Assembly (NCBI GenBank): GCA_964270895.1
Contig: OZ185449.1
DNA length: 64,000 nt
Reading direction: 5' to 3' (one strand)
Origin: Podarcis filfolensis
Lineage: Eukaryota
Each line of letters begins with the position of its first letter. Position 1 is the first letter of the stretch. Of the stretch, positions 60,923-64,000 are shown piece by piece. Under the pieces are notes generated by a model. That model saw only the letters and a list, made by a program, of their open reading frames with translations, had not been told where the DNA came from and ran no database searches. The translations under genes and the position numbers were made by a program.

Positions 60923-61320
60923 ATAGCGGCGCCAAATTGGGTGCCCATGGCACACATGACGTGACACAATGTTATGATGGTGCAGCGCGACATGACATCA
61001 TGGTGTGCTGTCACAGCAGCATGGCAGGTGTGTGTGTGCATGCTCTAGCACTATGGTGGTGACTGGGCTGGGGCCTGCACCTCTGCTGCAGGGCCTCTGT
61101 TGGGGCCCACTGTGGCTAAAGATGTGACCATGGCCACAGTGGGGCCCAATAGAGGAGCCGAGGCAGGGGCACAGGCCCTGGCCCAGTTGCCGCTATGGCG
61201 CCAGAGCACCAGATGTAAGGGAGCGGACGGTGGCAGCAGTAGAGGGTGGAGGCTGGGCACCCACAGCAAAATGTTTGTGGATGTCCGGGCTCCCAGGAGC
61301 TCCTGGAGTTGGTGCCTCTG
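60923..61320. mobile_element. hAT-like element with internal palindrome
   Basis: Imperfect TIR TAGCGGCGCCAAAT versus the reverse complement of AGTTGGTGCCTCTG; no clear TSD. Confidence 0.4.
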
Positions 61321-64000
61321 ACTGTACAAGTGTACAGGTCAGTTGTTTGTGTGCATATAGTTACATAGGCTGTGCACTTCTTTAATGAGGGATGTGAACA
61401 CCCCTCCATTAAGCCCATAATGTTTTCAGGTTCCTTCTGCTGATTGGCAAGGACAGAGGAAGCTGTTTTACATGGGCTGCAAGCAGCTCTCCAGGATTTC
61501 AGGCAGGGGAATATCCCAAGCCCAGCTAAAAATACTGGGAGGTGAACCTATCACCATTTGCATGCAAACCACATGCCCTACCACTGAGTCATGGCTCTTC
61601 CCTTGGTGGTGGCGGCGGCAGCAAATTGGCAAAAAGAGCTGGCATGATGGTGTAGTTAGCCTGCTGGGCTTGGACTGGAGAGGCCCAGTTTCGATTCCTC
61701 GCTGAGTCATAAAGCTCACTGGATGTCCTAGGGCAGGTGGAAGCTCGGGTTCAGGGGCTGAATGTGCCTCCCCCAGACCTCTCTAGCTGACCCTCAAGAC
61801 AGCTCCCAGGTCACACCCCTTACTGATCCAACCTCTCTATCCCCATCACCCTGCTTCAGTCATACTCTCCTCAAACTTTTTGGCTGACTGGAATGAATCC
61901 TTGAACTCTATTAGTGCTGCTTGATTGCCTGGATGGAGGATAGATAGGGAGGTGTGAACATGTGCAGAAATGCAGACACAGGTCCTGCTGTCCAAACGTT
62001 CATTATATGTACATTCATTTATCCAAACCCAAGGAATTAGTACCTAAAACCTCACTATATACACTGCAGTTTCAGATATCCAAACAGCCGGACCTGCATG
62101 TGGTACTCCAAACAAATAAAATATAGTAATAAGCCTTACTTTTTGTGTTTTGTTAGTCTGTGACAGCTGTTTCACCAGAAACCTGGGGGGGGGGGAGAGA
62201 TCGGACAAATAAGAAAGGATTTTCCCCTCTTTTGTTTGCCTTTTGCAAGGTTTCAGGGGGCTTTCCTGGATTTTCTCATCACTTTGGAGTCAAGATTCTG
62301 TGGCCAGGAACACATTAGAAATTTTCCCACAGGAGTCGATGGAACTTGTTGAGTCATTATGCGAAAGCTCACCTAACAAATGACTTCCTGAGGATGTGTT
62401 GTGTTTGGGTAGCAAGACCAATGTTTGTGTGTATGGCTGCATCCACATTTGCACTTGGCCCTGCCCACCATGCGGCCCCCAAGAAGTTGCTCAGAAGGGA
62501 ATGCAGCTCTTGGCTGGGATGGAAAAAATACTCGGCTCTGCCCAATGGCCAGTCATCATATTCAGCCTAGTCTACTGCACAGAGTTATCGTGAGGGTCAA
62601 ACTTCATGCCAGGTGTGTGGGGAGAGAGATCATGTATGTTGCCCTGAGCTGCTTCAAGGAAGACTAGAGTGAAAAATCAACCCTGCTCCTGTTGCTGAGT
62701 AATTTGGCTTTTGCTGCCAAGAACCCCATTTATATGTTGTTGTGTCTCTGTGTGCAGAACTGCACACACCACCACTTGGCACTTCAATAATAACAAAGAT
62801 CCTGTGAGCATGTGCAGAGTACTTTTCATAGCCAACTGCTTCCCAAGTGGGACTAAGAGGCAAAGCTTGCAAGTAAGAGGCTGTAATTTTAGAGACATGC
62901 AGAGTTTTTATTTCATTAATGAACAGCTGGCTGAAGTGATCCTTGGATTGTTTCAGTATATATGAAACAACAACACAGTACACTTATTATTGAATCAAAC
63001 ACCCCAACACCACCACACAGCCAACCTCAGACAGCCCCCACCTCCCCACCTTTTCCCTTACAAACAGTCTAGGGGGTGGCCCTGCTTCATCCTCCTTTGC
63101 CTTAGAGTTTCTCTTTGAATAATTTTCAAGGAGGAGGTTAGGGACAGATGTAAAATTATTTGACTCTGCCTGTCATTGTTTCTGGCTCCACCTACCATTG
63201 GCCTCACTGTTTTTGACCCCACCAGTCCCAATGGTCACCAGCCATCACATTGCGCATGCATGCATACACACATGCACACACACACACACACCAGTAATAC
63301 CAATGCATGCCAATGGCAAGAGGCTTGTCTAAATAAGCGAGCCTTTGGAGCCTGTTTAAAGTGACCAAGACCTCAAATGCAGCAAACCACAACAGACTGC
63401 TCCATCTAAAATCTGGGCCCAATACAAAGCAGATCTCTGTTTGCCACCCGTGAACAATGGAGCCATCAAAAGGGTAGCTCTTCTAGTACATATAAGGCAG
63501 GGCCCCATGTACTGAAGGAGACCCTCTTGTTAGATCCTCTTGTGCTCCCAGTTTCATCTCAGTCCACACACCTCCCAGTTCAGGAATCTGGAGTCAGGAG
63601 CTCCTGGATATGATGCTGCCATCCCAGACAGCAGCGGATGGAAATGCAAAGCAAATGCAACGGCTTGCAGCTGGCACTAAATAATTCATGGGCTGATGGT
63701 ACGGTGTTCCGGTTGCCTCTGTCTTCAATCTGCAGAAGCAGCCATAATGAGTTGAATGGCTTGACATGGAGCATTTAAACAGAGAAAGAGGTTGCTCCTC
63801 CCTCTTACCCTTCCTTTTCAAGGGAGTGCTTAAGGAGCTTCAAAAAACTCACCACCATCTCCGAAGTGAGGTTATAGCCACCCAAACATGTTAATACACA
63901 GAGTAACTGGCATTAAGTGAGGCTAATGGAGAATGGGAGTGTGTGTGTGTGTGTAGGTTTGGATTGGTTTCTAGCTGAGCATTTCTGTTCTTTCCCAGGT

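Noticed and set aside
32300-64000. SPRY3 coding exon expected from synteny
   Set aside because: No cysteine-rich Sprouty domain in any frame; if the gene is adjacent, its CDS lies beyond the window.
36900-64000. Further serpin exons (candidates checked near 46930-47100, 52960-53080, 55960-56210, 58850-59030, 60760-60910 and 62250-62400)
   Set aside because: Only chance 3-5-residue resemblances with stops. A frameshift-aware search would be needed to exclude highly decayed exons.

Overview
This is eukaryotic (squamate reptile, probably lacertid lizard) genomic DNA, judged from Sauria SINEs, a BovB LINE and squamate L1/L2/CR1 relics. It is not prokaryotic, and there is no CRISPR array, rRNA or functional tRNA gene. 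One intact protein-coding gene is present: TMLHE (trimethyllysine dioxygenase, first step of carnitine biosynthesis), on the minus strand. Its seven coding exons (15950-15770, 15173-14997, 12017-11738, 9891-9772, 6083-5847, 4526-4388, 1965-1834) all have GT-AG introns and join into 1266 nt = 421 aa + stop. A CpG-island promoter and a candidate non-coding exon 1 lie at about 31.2-32.3 kb. Intron 1 contains a 4.5-kb pol-less gamma-like endogenous retrovirus in sense orientation (22271-26752), with nearly identical LTRs, a GTAC TSD, a tRNA-Gly-like PBS, gag and env remnants, a splice donor, a splice acceptor and poly(A) signals. It also contains a solo LTR (29343-29795). Upstream of the promoter, on the plus strand, lies an orphan frameshifted exon resembling the first coding exon of SERPINE3 (36721-36894); the ORF track does not show it. 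The rest is mostly nested transposons, including an L1 whose ORF2 halves are in permuted order (about 41-46 kb) and two long fold-back elements. All family and homology assignments were made by eye from recalled sequences and need database confirmation. I see no convincing wholly new multi-gene system. The best leads are the serpin relic and the ERV arranged like a gene trap or alternative promoter inside TMLHE.
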